A stretch of 64,000 nt of DNA from Dipteris shenzhenensis (taxonomy: Eukaryota): NCBI GenBank assembly GCA_047967505.1, contig CM106538.1; one strand, 5' to 3'. Positions 25,207-36,388 of this stretch are shown here, piece by piece. The translations under genes and the position numbers were made by a program. The notes under the pieces are model-generated. The model worked only from the letters and a program-made list of their open reading frames with translations, made no database searches and was not told the origin of the DNA. Each line of letters opens with the position of its first letter. Position 1 is the stretch's first letter.

Positions 25207-26451
25207 GATTCCCTTACCTCAATATTGTTGGTTAGTTGTTCCATTGTGATCGTCCCTAGTCTGTGTATCCTCCTTCTTACCTCGATATTGGCATAGTTAC
25301 GATAGACTTGCATGGTGCAACCTTATTATAGTTTCTCGCTTTCTTTTTGGTTACTGGCTTGATGCCTGTAGATCGTGTTGAGGGGGCTTACATTGTTGCC
25401 CAAAGCATTGTTACTCTTTACTTGCAGTTCTTGCCTCATGCTTGGTTGGCCGAAAGCTTCATCTTTGCCTTAGTCTATTTACAGGTGGCTTGCTCCAAAA
25501 CTGCATGTGTAGGAATTTGGGCAGTCACCTTCGTGAATAATCGACCCTTCATAGCTCTTATCTTGTAGTCTTGTGTAGTTCTCCTAAGTTGTGCGTTGCT
25601 TAGCTCCTTCTCAGTTGACCTTGTACTAATGTTTAGCTACAACCACTTGTTGTGGCCCAGGACTTTGCCTCGTAGTTCGCCTCTTATGTACTTACGTTGG
25701 AGTTGAAGTTGGCTGGACGGATGTTTACCGTTTGCTCTCAAAATCACATTCTATCATCTTTGGGGCGCACTCTTTTCTTTGGTTATGTCTATTATTGGTT
25801 GCTAAGAAGCATGACACACTTGATGCTTTTGTTCTTATGTTGCTGCTCTACTTCACCTTCATGACCCATTCTTTATGCTTAGCTTTGGCGTTTCTATTCA
25901 TTGCTTTTACAATAGTTCTCTACACACTCATTGAGCCCTTCTTTGGTGGCTTTCTTTCTATTCTAGCTTGTTGTCATCTCGGTCACCTTTTTGTTAGCTT
26001 GATTAGATCTTGTTGCCTCCTCTTTGAATCCTGTTGTTGCCTCTTAAATTTACTTTGCTTAGCTTAGATCTCCTTTTACACAATGTTGTTTGTAAAAAAT
26101 TCATTGCTTTTTGCTAGCACAATTGTTTAAATTAGTTGTATGCACAATATATTTTCACTTATTTAGATATTTAGGGCTTGTAGTTCTTTGTACTTCATTT
26201 TATTTATGTAACCTTTTTTTTAAAATATGTAGTTCCTTTTATTTTCTTACCTTTGTTTATATAAGGTTATATACATAGTTTAATCCTATTTATTTACTTT
26301 CAAAATTCTTTTTAATTGGGTTGTCCCCTTGCAAGCAAGTTATGTTAACTTTTTAATTGGTTCGATACTTTAAAGTGCAATATCTATCGTTACATAAATT
26401 TTCCTCTTTAATATACACTATTCACTTTATATTTTTTACTAGGTATCAACA

Positions 26452-26493
<42 letters not shown>

Positions 26494-27542
26494 CTGATTT
26501 CACACTTCTTTATCTCTCTCTCTCTCTCTCTCTGTCCCTCTCTCTCTCTCATTTACTTGTTTATATATTTTTATAACTTGAGTACTTTACTCCATTTTCT
26601 TTTTCCTTTATTAAAGTAAGAGCTTTTTTGTATATTAAATCAATTGATTTATTTAACTTTTTCTTCCTTCTTATATAATATTTACTGTAAGTAATTTCTT
26701 TATGTTGTTTTAATTGTCTTTTGTCTACCTTGGCCTAGTTTTTTCAAAAGCAATATTTGAATTTATTTCTTAATTATTGTTTAAAGTAATTTTTTTTCTA
26801 TATAGCTCTTGTAGAAACAATTATGATATAATTTGAGTTGACTAATTCAAATTGATGTTTTCAAAGAGTCAACCTAATTGTTTTTCCTCATTTAATTCTT
26901 TGTCAAATTAGTTTATTCAGGTACTTGCTTGATTTAGAAAGTGAGTTAGGTTTTTTACAAGGGAGTGTTTTCCCCCCCTTCAATTTTTCCTTGATTTACT
27001 TAATGGTATTACTATTGTATTTTTTTGTTGGTGTGGGATCAACCCCCTTTGTTACCTTCACTTCTATTTATTAGCCTTTAGAACTATATTTTAAGTTCTA
27101 TTTTAGCTTGGCTATTTTCTTGCTTAATTTCTTTTTATCATAGAATTTCAGAGAGCTTGTTTGAGTTCTTGAAGCGATAACAAGCCAGGGGATACAGGCA
27201 TTACCTGTCTACCCAAATTCAAATTCATTGTTCTAACAATTGGTTGGTTTGGATGGTGGCAGGTAAGTAGACCTTGACCTCGGAGCTTGGACTACCTGAT
27301 GGATTCGACACTGTTGTAGTAATTCTTTGCTTAAGTTTGTAAACTCAATATAAAGAAAAATTCTATTGCCATTTCTTTTGTTTTCCATACCAAACTTTTG
27401 CAATACAATTGTGTCAAAAGTTATTTCAATTTAGTTTTCTTAAAGAATTTCAATCCATTTCTCATATGCATCTTTTTATAATTATCCAAATGATAGAATT
27501 GAATTAACTGTATGGTTCATTTATTGTTGGGATTATTAATCT

Positions 27543-27577
<35 letters not shown>
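25207..27577 (+). mobile_element. Decayed Penelope-like element copy B, 3' part ending in (CA)n
   Basis: 25207-26190 aligns to 14174-15120. It continues through AT-rich sequence and a hairpin unit to the (CA)n tract at 27545-27577. Confidence 0.65.
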
Positions 27578-27578
<1 letters not shown>

Positions 27579-28037
27579 TTTTAATTGATTTATTCTTTGA
27601 TTAATTTACTCCTTTAAATAGAACTTTAGTCTTTTGGTACATTTCTTTTAAAATTGAGTTAATGCATTATTTATTAGTGCTTTCCTTTGTGAAATCATTA
27701 TAACTTTATATGCTAGAATCTGGAGGGATGCTCTTGCTCCTAGGTAAAGCAATAACAAGCCAAGGGAAACATGCATTACCTATCTACCCAAATTAAGCTA
27801 TACTGTTCTAACATATGGCTTATTTGGATGGTGGTTGTTGGTAAGTGGACCTTGACCTTCGAGCCTAGACTACGTGACAAATTCGACACTTATTTACTAA
27901 TTTTTTGTAACCCTATCGGGGGTTGGTTATAATAATACATTTGAAATTAAAAGTATTTATTCTCCATATTTGAATTATTTCTAGTTAATGTTATTAAGCT
28001 ATTCTATGACTGAATCGATTGTATGGTTCATTTATTA

Positions 28038-28084
<47 letters not shown>
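27578..28084 (+). repeat. Diverged partial tandem copy of the preceding 3' end (pLTR-like) ending in (CA)n
   Basis: 27751-27890 matches 27177-27312; tgtatggttcatttatt...aatcta(CA)n ends both units. Confidence 0.75.
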
Positions 28085-28088
<4 letters not shown>

Positions 28089-28199
28089 AGAATGGAAAAA
28101 TAAAATGCAAGATGTGAAAATGATAATGTTAAAGTAAAGAACAATATATTTCTTGTGATGCATAAATATACATTACAACATGAAGGAAAGCAAGCTTTC

Positions 28200-29345
28200 A
28201 TTGCAAGATTGAAGTTCATACAATTGGAGAGTGGTATGACCTCGTAGTGCCTACTAAAATGCATGTGGAGCCCCCCTCTCCAACACCCAATCCCCAACAT
28301 ACAATCTGTCAAGGTGCTCCAGGAGTCCATCATGCCTCCTCTGTCCAAAAGAAAAATGGAGGCTGTTGGGAGGAGGCCCACTCTGCGTGGGTGCCTGAGA
28401 ACTCTTGGCCTCCTTTGCAATCATCGTGAGGTGTGTGGTAGGACCAGTAGCCACCGAAGCCTCTAAAGCTGCTATAACCTGCTGTTGTGCAGAGGTACCT
28501 GGGTGCTTGAAACCCCTTGCTTTGAGGGGATCTACTACACGAACGAAGGGCACACTCTCCAGCAACGGTGGGCTTCTTAAAGGGGGGCACCCTAACTGAT
28601 CCTCTTGGGAGTGAGCGGTCGTTTGCGCTCTCTTCCTACTATGAGCATGTTGTCTACGGTTTTCCAAGGCCCACTTGCTTGGTTTCTTTTTCCCCACCTT
28701 AGTCCACTTTCTGGCTCCACTTAGGGGGTCTGGGACTCTTGCCACTGCCTGTGGGGCTGCTGGGTCCTATCTTTCTGAAGCTTCCTCTCCTGTCTCTGTC
28801 TACCCTGCAAGGGGGAGGGGCCCGACTCTGACATCTAGCGGTCCATCAGCTTGCAATCAAGACATTGGCTTAGTAACCCGGATATCTCCATTCTTTGTCG
28901 AACAGTTACCCTCTCAAGGGTTTGAAGGAGACTGATCTCCGGAAGGGACTCCGGGCTCTCTACGCCCAATTGGAGCCAAGGGACTTCATCATCTACCACA
29001 ATTGAAGCTCCTGACTCTGTGGGAGACCGCAACACTATATCAAATGCCCGTCCGATGGAAGAAGTAATGGCTTGTACTCCCACGGGAACCCCGAGAATCA
29101 TAGCATCACCAGAAGACAAGGGACGTGGTGGGTCCCCTTCTAGTGCTAAGCTTGCCTGAATCCAATCTCTCATGTGTCCCCTTGTGGACGTGAGGCCAAC
29201 TATTCTGCCCACTACTACCTTGTCTCATAGTGACTCAACTGCTTGCTTCAACTGTTGCTCGTGAGTTGGAGAAAAAATAACCTTAATGACTGGGGGTTCG
29301 GGGGTGCTGCCATAGAGACCCTCTAGCCAGACCAAGGGTCACCAC
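28200..29345 (-). mobile_element. Possible LINE-like ORF1 remnant, interrupted by the solo LTR and continuing at 30884-31250
   Basis: GC-rich, Pro/Ser-rich broken ORFs with a WTKVGKKK motif; no diagnostic domain recognised. Confidence 0.25.
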
Positions 29346-29350
29346 CAAGA

Positions 29351-30878
29351 TGTTGGAATGGTCACCTCCCCATCTGTAAGCCCCCATATGAGGAGAGCAT
29401 GGGGGAGGGAGACGTAGGGCAGAAGATGCCAAGAGGAGAGAGGGAGGGGGCTGCCACATGGGCAGCACCTCACAGCCAAGAGAGGAGGATCCCTTAAGGA
29501 ACTGTACGGAACAGCAGCGTCTCTAAGTACAGGTGATGATGCGTGGTGGTACAGATCCTTGGAGGTGATGACATGGCGCTGACATCTGCAGGGTGTACGG
29601 ATCTGTACAGCGCTGGAGAAGGGCCTGGTAGAGGCGCAACATTGCTGGGGTTTACCAGCAGCCTGGTCAGCAAGGTATAGGGCTGGTAGGACTGGTTCCA
29701 GCCAGCCTACCATGCCTAGAAAATGGCAGGGCAGAGGGGGGCTGGATCCTGTATATATAGGAGGGCATCAGCCCTTGAAGTGAGGGCCAAAAGCCCTAGT
29801 TGTGTGGGACAGGGGCCCTGGTTATGAGAGCCCTTTTAGGGCGGCTTTGCAGCAGCCTGGTCGGCCTGTTTGGGTTGGCCAGATTTAGGCTGCTGGCCAG
29901 ATTGAGGTTGCAAGCAGGTCCTGGGCCTATAAAAGAGGGCCATTCAGTCCTCATTCCATATCTTCTAGAGCAGCAAACAACAAGCAGTCAGGAGCAGCAG
30001 GAGACCTACTCTTGGAGCCTATTCCCGGAGGACCAGGAGAGAAGGAAGAGCTGCAGACTGAGCTTGGTGGGCTGCCTACCTAGGCTGACATTCAGGGCAG
30101 CAAGGTTGAGGAGAACACTCTAGACAGAGAGTCTACATATGCATATGGTGGAGCACGCGGGTTCAGAGATCTAGGAGTGCTTGACATCTAGTAGGAGAAC
30201 CTTTTGGTATCGTATCCTGTCCTAGTTTCTGGACGGACAGAAATATAAAGTGTTGCTTCTATATTTGTCTCTGAGCATTTATATTTACTTAGATGAATCC
30301 AGGAACATTCCCAAACTCATCCTCTAAAAACACAACATAGTGCAGTTTCAATCTCATGATAGTCACTCACAAGGTTGAAAACCATAACTCCATCATGCAT
30401 AGTAGGGACTAGCTACTAATCCCCACTGACATCATCAGGGTCCAACAGTGGGTGTAGACCATAGTATAAAAATATGCTCTCACACATACAAATCCACACA
30501 CCCACACATACTTGAGCATCCATTTATACAAAGTCTTTGTACTGAGTTTCTGTCGGCACTCCGGAGGTGAAGGGAAGACTCAGCCATGACGAAGGCTAGC
30601 ACTAAAGGAGAAGGCTAATCAAAAGGTAGTCCAAAATCTCTTCATTCAAGCTACAACTGCTTGTGAAGTCTAAACGTTTTCATTTTAGTCTCTCCCCAAC
30701 GAGCATCTAAATCTAAATCTAAATCTAAATCTGAGCATTGTCTATTTACTGGCTTGCACATCTATGCACATAAGTTTGAGACGTTTGTGATTCCACACCC
30801 CACACCACACTGTGTGAGCTCCTGGGCAATACTATCAGTCTTTCGCTGTGCGTATCCTCTGTTGGGTCATTTCTAACA
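29351..30878 (+). mobile_element. Solo LTR with 5-bp TSD CAAGA
   Basis: Termini TGTTGGAATG...CATTTCTAACA. CAAGA occurs at 29346-29350 and 30879-30883. Shares tgtaagcccccatatgaggaga with the copia LTRs; TATA-like TATAAAAG at ~29928. Confidence 0.9.
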
Positions 30879-31629
30879 CAAGATTCTCTTCCTCCAAAAC
30901 AAGCAAGAACGCTAGCCAAACACGGAGAGGAAGGGCGGTGGAAAATAAGGGAAAGAAAGGAAGGGGCTCTTAGCTAAGGACCGTTGCCATTAGAATTCGA
31001 ACAAAAAGAAACTGTCCAGAAGGAGGTCTGGGACACAGGATGCCAGCAGCCCAATGCAAGCTCCTGGCTGTTTGCAACTAGCAGGAAGCTTGCCCAAGCA
31101 GTGCACAAAGGACCTCGAGCACCTGCTCCTTCAAAAATCTCACCCAAAGAGACCTGGGAACTAGCGAAACACACTCAGGTACATCTTTGGATACAACTTT
31201 TGGGCAGGCTCCTAATCCGTTTGGGCCAGCCCCTCTGCGTTTACAATTGTCACTATTCTCGAGAAAAAGTGATCAGCTTTATTTGCTTTACAATCATTGA
31301 TATCCACAAGGCACAGCCCTTTCTGTCTGATTTATTAAAACAAATCATATAATGGCTTATGACAGAATCCTTTGAACTAATGGAAGACTCAAACTAGCAG
31401 AGCCGCACTTTTCAGGATTCGAACCATTGTTACACAGCAAGGACTCATCACAAATCTTGTCTAACACAATCCAACCTAGCCATCCGAGCTTATTCTGCAA
31501 AGACTTCTTGCATCTTGTTGCATCTCACTCTATTTGAAACCATGGGGTGAGCAATGGCATTCAATTCTCATGGGTCAAGAATACATGTGCTGTGTAAATT
31601 TACTCGTGTGGGGTCTGTGCTTCCAAGGC

Positions 31630-32200
31630 CTAGGGTATCCTAAAATATCCCATATACCTCATGGGATCAAAATCATTGTCCCTGAGCCACTCAACCACTT
31701 GGGCACTGTTTAAATGATCACATGAAAGTAGGCTGACGGGTAGCTACCAGGCCCCTTTAGGGGCACACCGTTAAGCAAGACATTTGGTGCCTTCTAGTGC
31801 CTTCACTTGGTATCAGAGCAGACCAACCTATCACCATCTGCTCCTGTCCTAAGGTGCAGTACTGACATGCATGACATGTGGCAATACTGTCGTAACTACA
31901 ACAGGTGATGGCACGGATCCCAGATACAAAATCCCTAATGTGAGCATGTTTGTCTTGGATGCTGTGAGTCTGCCTGCAGGTTGCCCAAATGTGGATTGGT
32001 CATGGTGTTAGTCCATGGGGGTATTGGTGCCCATTCCTTGAAGGCCAAAAAATACATACAATGGGCAAACAAAGGGTGTTAAGGCCCTCAGATTCCCTGC
32101 GCAATCACCACGTCTGTGCAGAATCCTGAAATATCCCACAAAACAAGTGGGAGATCATGACCTTGAATATATGGGCTTGAGGCCCTAAGCCACTATATCC
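31630..32200 (+). mobile_element. TRIM-like small LTR element relic
   Basis: tRNA-iMet PBS TGGTATCAGAGC at 31808-31819, just after ...TTCA. Short diverged repeats atcctaaaatatccca...ccctgagccact (~31637-31691) and atcctgaaatatccca...ccctaagccact (~32123-32194). No coding region. Confidence 0.4.
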
Positions 32201-32596
32201 CCCCCTTGAAGCCTTTTTGTGATTGGGTAGTAGGTTGCCAGTGAGGTCTTTTTGCGGGGATGGGGTCTAAGCTCGGTAAGTGGCACCATCTTTCGTCATA
32301 TTCCTGGCTGATGTAGCTTTGCTCAACAAGATGAGCATCAAATGTGCGAGCTAGGCGTTCAGCACTAAAAAAATGTGTTTTGAAGTTTGAACGTCCATAC
32401 ATTACTTTTCCCTGTGCTTAAGATGCACCAAACACTTCGCACTTCAAAACCGATTGTTTTAGACCACCAACTCAAGCAGTGAATTCAGTAAGACCAAGGG
32501 ATGGGGGAAGAGTCCAACTTGAAATATATGTCGCAACGAACTATTTTATATCCAGCAATTTTTTCTATTCAGTCAGTCCATTTTTCCTATCAGATG

Positions 32597-34534
32597 CTAT
32601 AAGAGCTCATTAATTCTGTGCATAAAGCTCCTTGTAATGAAGGTGTAATCTTCAACAAATTCATACATGTCATCATTGCCCTCACTAGAGCCACAGCCTG
32701 GCTGCTTCCTTAGACTGCTGTCTTCAATAATTGCATTAAGACTTTCTGCATCATCTGACCTACCAGCAGCATATATATTTGACAACAATATGTAAGGTCC
32801 AGCTTCCTGTGTCTTCAGATTGAAAATGCGGTCTGCAGCACGTTTTCCTCGGTCCAGATCAAGATGGAGTCTGCATCCACCAAGCAATGTTGTCCACAAT
32901 GCAGCAGTAGGCCGTAAGGGCATGTTCTTAATTAATGCCTCCCCCTCATCTAGCCTTCCAGCTCTTCCAAGAAGATCAATCAGACAATTATAGTGCTCTA
33001 AAGTAGGCACAATGCCACTCTTTTTCATAAAGCCAAAATATTGGCAGCCTTCATCTACCAGTCCAGCATGGCTACATGCAGAGAGAATGCTGAGAAATGT
33101 AACTGCATTTGGCATCACACCTTCCTGCTCCATTTTTTGTGTAAATTCAAGAGCCTCCTTACCCAGTCCATGCTGAGCATATGAATCGATTATGGCCGTC
33201 CAAGTAATTACATTCCGATGGGACATACTGTCAAATAATGTATGTGCATCCTCCACACTCCCACACTTGCCATACATATTGACAAGCGCATTCCCTACAA
33301 TGACATCCAACTCAAACCCCCTGGCTATAAGCTGAGCATGTAATTGCTTCCCTTCACTTAGAGCTGCCAGACCCGCACATGCATCAACGGTGCTTATGAA
33401 CGTGACCTGATCTGGAAGCACACCTTTCTGTTGCATCTGTCGGAAAAAAATCAAGGCATTCTTGCCCTGGCTATGCTGGGCATATGCTGCAATCATGGCA
33501 TTCCAGGAAACCACATTCGTTTCACACAGTCCATCAAACACTGTCTTTGCATGCTGTATGTTGTTGCACTTGCCATACATGTTGACAAGGGCGTTACCCA
33601 CAAAAATATCAGATTCACAGCCACTGCTCGTGATGTGTACATGGATCCTTTTGCCCTTTGTTAAGGCTGTGTCATTGGCGCATGCAGCAAGAATGCTGGA
33701 ATACGTAAACGCGTTTGGCATCAAACCCTCCATGTGCATTTGTTGAAAGAATTGGAATGCCTCATCACCTTGTCCATTCTGGGCATATGCCGTTATGACA
33801 GCAGTCCATAAAACCACATCCCGCTCAGACATCTCATCAAATACCCATCTTGCATGCTTCAAACTGCAGCATTTGCTGTACATAATGACCATGACCGTTC
33901 CGATAAAAATATCTACCCCCACTCCGCTGTTCACTATGCGGGTATGCATGCGTTTAGCCTCCCGAAGGGCCACTGGACTAGCACAGGCAGATAGACTGCT
34001 GATAAAAGTTGATTTCTCTGGCATTACGCTTTCAAAAAACATTTGATGAAAGAGTTGGAGGGAATTTAAACACTGCCCTTGTTGGGCATATGCTCCAATT
34101 ATGTAACTCCATGACGAGGCATCCCGTTCATGCATTTTGGCAAACAGTGTATGTGCTTCCTCCAGATCTCCACATTTAGCATACATTTGTAGGAGCAGTT
34201 TCTCCAGAAACCTGTTCTTGCCATGTCCTTTCTTTACTATTTGATCATGGATGCGCTTTCCTTCTGATAGGGATTTTGTAATTCTGCAACGGCGTAACAG
34301 AAAAGCGTATCTGGCAGAATCACTCTGAACGGCGGGTCCGTCGATCCAATCCAAGGTTCCCTTCCCCCAATTGACAGCTTCATCCTGCCTGTTCTGTATA
34401 CAAGGCGATTGTAGGAGCGCTTGGCGTGGGATTCCGAAGCACTGGCTGAAAATACGTTGATCGAGTGCTGGAGTCCCTACAGTCATACAGTTGTGGTGTT
34501 GGGTCACTATTGTTTTCAAGTAAAGGTGAAGCAT
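32597..34534 (-). CDS. PLS-class pentatricopeptide repeat protein with C-terminal E domains (putative organellar RNA-editing factor), no DYW domain
   Basis: 645-aa intronless ORF with repeated P-L-S triplets (VGNALVNMYGKCG, VSWNAMIAAYAQ, TFLSILSACSHAGLVDEG), HYNCLIDLLGRAG, E-domain YILLSNIYAA and a KQPGC PG-box. Confidence 0.95.
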   Translation of the reverse strand: MLHLYLKTIVTQHHNCMTVGTPALDQRIFSQCFGIPRQALLQSPCIQNRQDEAVNWGKGTLDWIDGPAVQSDSARYAFLLRRCRITKSLSEGKRIHDQIVKKGHGKNRFLEKLLLQMYAKCGDLEEAHTLFAKMHERDASSWSYIIGAYAQQGQCLNSLQLFHQMFFESVMPEKSTFISSLSACASPVALREAKRMHTRIVNSGVGVDIFIGTVMVIMYSKCCSLKHARWVFDEMSERDVVLWTAVITAYAQNGQGDEAFQFFQQMHMEGLMPNAFTYSSILAACANDTALTKGKRIHVHITSSGCESDIFVGNALVNMYGKCNNIQHAKTVFDGLCETNVVSWNAMIAAYAQHSQGKNALIFFRQMQQKGVLPDQVTFISTVDACAGLAALSEGKQLHAQLIARGFELDVIVGNALVNMYGKCGSVEDAHTLFDSMSHRNVITWTAIIDSYAQHGLGKEALEFTQKMEQEGVMPNAVTFLSILSACSHAGLVDEGCQYFGFMKKSGIVPTLEHYNCLIDLLGRAGRLDEGEALIKNMPLRPTAALWTTLLGGCRLHLDLDRGKRAADRIFNLKTQEAGPYILLSNIYAAGRSDDAESLNAIIEDSSLRKQPGCGSSEGNDDMYEFVEDYTFITRSFMHRINELL

Positions 34535-34739
34535 CAGCTCTGAGGAAGCGAGCAGGCTTAAATTGAGGAATGGCCATTGTCATTTCCAGCAGCATGGACT
34601 GACAGGGCAGCAGAACATGACAATATTCAACCAAGGGATGAGGTTACAAAGTTGTCATTGTTTCTTTACGTCTTTCCGTCGACCTCAATCTTTCCAACCT
34701 GTGAATTGGTTGAAAGTTACTCGATGCCAGGTGCTAGAA

Positions 34740-35050
34740 CGTCATTTTGATGGAGTACGGAATTGGCGTCGCGAGCCATTCCCGCGAGGAAACTAGGACA
34801 CACTGGTGACTGGCCGGAGGCTGGTTGCCTCGGTTTTCCGACCGAAAATCGACGACTGATGTTCGGGAGGAAACCGGGCACACGGGCGACCAGCCGGAGG
34901 TCGGGAGCCGGTTGCCCCGTTTTTCTGACCAGAAATTGGCGACCGATGCTGATTTTCGGCTGTCAATGGAGGGGGGAGGCGGCGCCAACGAGACAAGTGT
35001 CTTTGTTTCAGTGGTCAAAATAGCGGCGCGATTTGGGACTCCGCGCAATT
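34740..35050 (-). promoter_or_regulatory. CpG-rich putative promoter/5' region of the PPR gene with two ~80-bp tandem units
   Basis: Dense CpG in an otherwise CpG-poor window. The unit aggaaac..gcacac.gg.gac..gccggagg...ggttgcc.cg.tttt..gacc.gaaa occurs at ~34788 and ~34868. Confidence 0.5.
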
Positions 35051-35151
35051 CCTACTGTAATCAGAGTAGTCTGTCCGTAATGGTGCAGGCGACGAGCGTT
35101 AGCTGGTAGTCCTAAAAATCAATCGGTGGATTTTGTCCTCCCCCATCATGA

Positions 35152-35458
35152 CTATGAAGAGGCGAGGATCTGATGGTTCAGATCTCTGCTCCGCCAACCC
35201 CCACTGTTAACAGTATGCGAGGGAAAATGAGACTGCACTAGACTAGTACTAGTATAGGGAAAATGAGAGTGCACTAGATTAGAATGAGAGGGAGCACTAG
35301 TATAGACTAGTAATATCAGAATGAGAGGGAGCACTAGTATAGACTAGTAATATCATTTTGGCCCTAAGACTATCTTCACATGCCATCCCTTCTTCAAAAT
35401 TATGTGCCCCAATTAGCACTCCCCTTTGGATTGCAAAAGCACATTTTGTCAGATTTAC
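35152..35458. repeat. 307-bp direct repeat, copy 1 (copy 2 at 36082-36388)
   Basis: Near-identical ctatgaagaggcgagg...gtcagatttac, with internal agaatgagagggagcactagtatagactagtaatatc subrepeats. Confidence 0.95.
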
Positions 35459-36078
35459 ACTGTACTAGCACAGGCAGATAGACTGCTGATAAAAGTTGAT
35501 TTCTCTGGCATTACGCTTTCAAAAAACATTTGATGAAAGAGTTGGAGGGAATTTATACACTGCCCTTGTTGGGCATATGCTCCAATTATGTAACTCCATG
35601 ACGAGGCATCACGTTCATGCATTTTGGCAAACAGTGTATGTGCTTCCTCCAGATCTCCACATTTAGCATCCATTTGTAGGAGCAGTTTCTCCAGAAACCT
35701 GTTCTACCCATGTCCTTTCTTACTATTTGATCATGGATGCGCTTTCCTTCTGATAGGGATTTTGTAATTCTGCAACGGCGTAACAGAAAAGCGTATCTGG
35801 CAGAATCACTCTGAACGGCGGGTCCGTCGATCCAATCCAAGGTTCCCTTCCCCCAATCGACAGCTTCATCTTGCCTGTTCTATATCTGTATACAAGGCGA
35901 TTGTAGGAGTGCTTGGCGTGGGATTCCGAAGCACTGGCTGAAAATACGTTGATCGAGTGCTGGAGTCCCTACAGTCATACAGTTGTGGTGTTGGGTCACT
36001 ATTGTTTTCAAGTAAAGGTGAAGCATCAGCTCTGAGGAAGTGAGCAGGCTTAAATTGAGGAATGGCCATTGTCATTTC
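35458..36078 (-). pseudogene. Duplicated 5' fragment of the PPR gene
   Basis: Near-identical to 33971-34586, with a 6-bp insertion, a 1-bp deletion and a few substitutions. Confidence 0.95.
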
Positions 36079-36081
36079 AGG

Positions 36082-36388
36082 CTATGAAGAGGCGAGGATC
36101 TGATGGTTCAGATCTCTGCTCCGCCAAGCCCCACCGTTGACAGTATGTGAGGGAAAATGAGACTGCACTAGACTAGTACTAGTATAGGGAAAATGAGAGT
36201 GCACTAGATTAGAATGAGAGGGAGCACTAGTATAGACTAGTAATATCAGAATGAGAGGGAGCACTAGTATAGACTAGTAATATCATTTTGGCCCCAAGAC
36301 TATCTTCACATGCCATCCCTTCTTCAAAATTATGTGCCCCAATTAGCACTCCCCTTTGGATTGCAAAAGCACATTTTGTCAGATTTAC
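36082..36388. repeat. 307-bp direct repeat, copy 2
   Basis: Near-identical to 35152-35458. Confidence 0.95.

Noticed and set aside
27255-27272. U1 snRNA 5' end (TACTTACCTG on the minus strand)
   Set aside because: The match is limited to ~10 nt, with no U1 stem-loops or Sm site following.
33431-34046. Plus-strand ORFs overlapping the PPR gene (and similar antisense ORFs over the CACTA transposase)
   Set aside because: Antisense shadows of real coding sequence.
35152-36388. Mini LTR retrotransposon carrying a captured PPR fragment
   Set aside because: The 307-bp repeats lack TG...CA ends, PBS, PPT and TSD; tandem duplication plus deletion explains the structure more simply.
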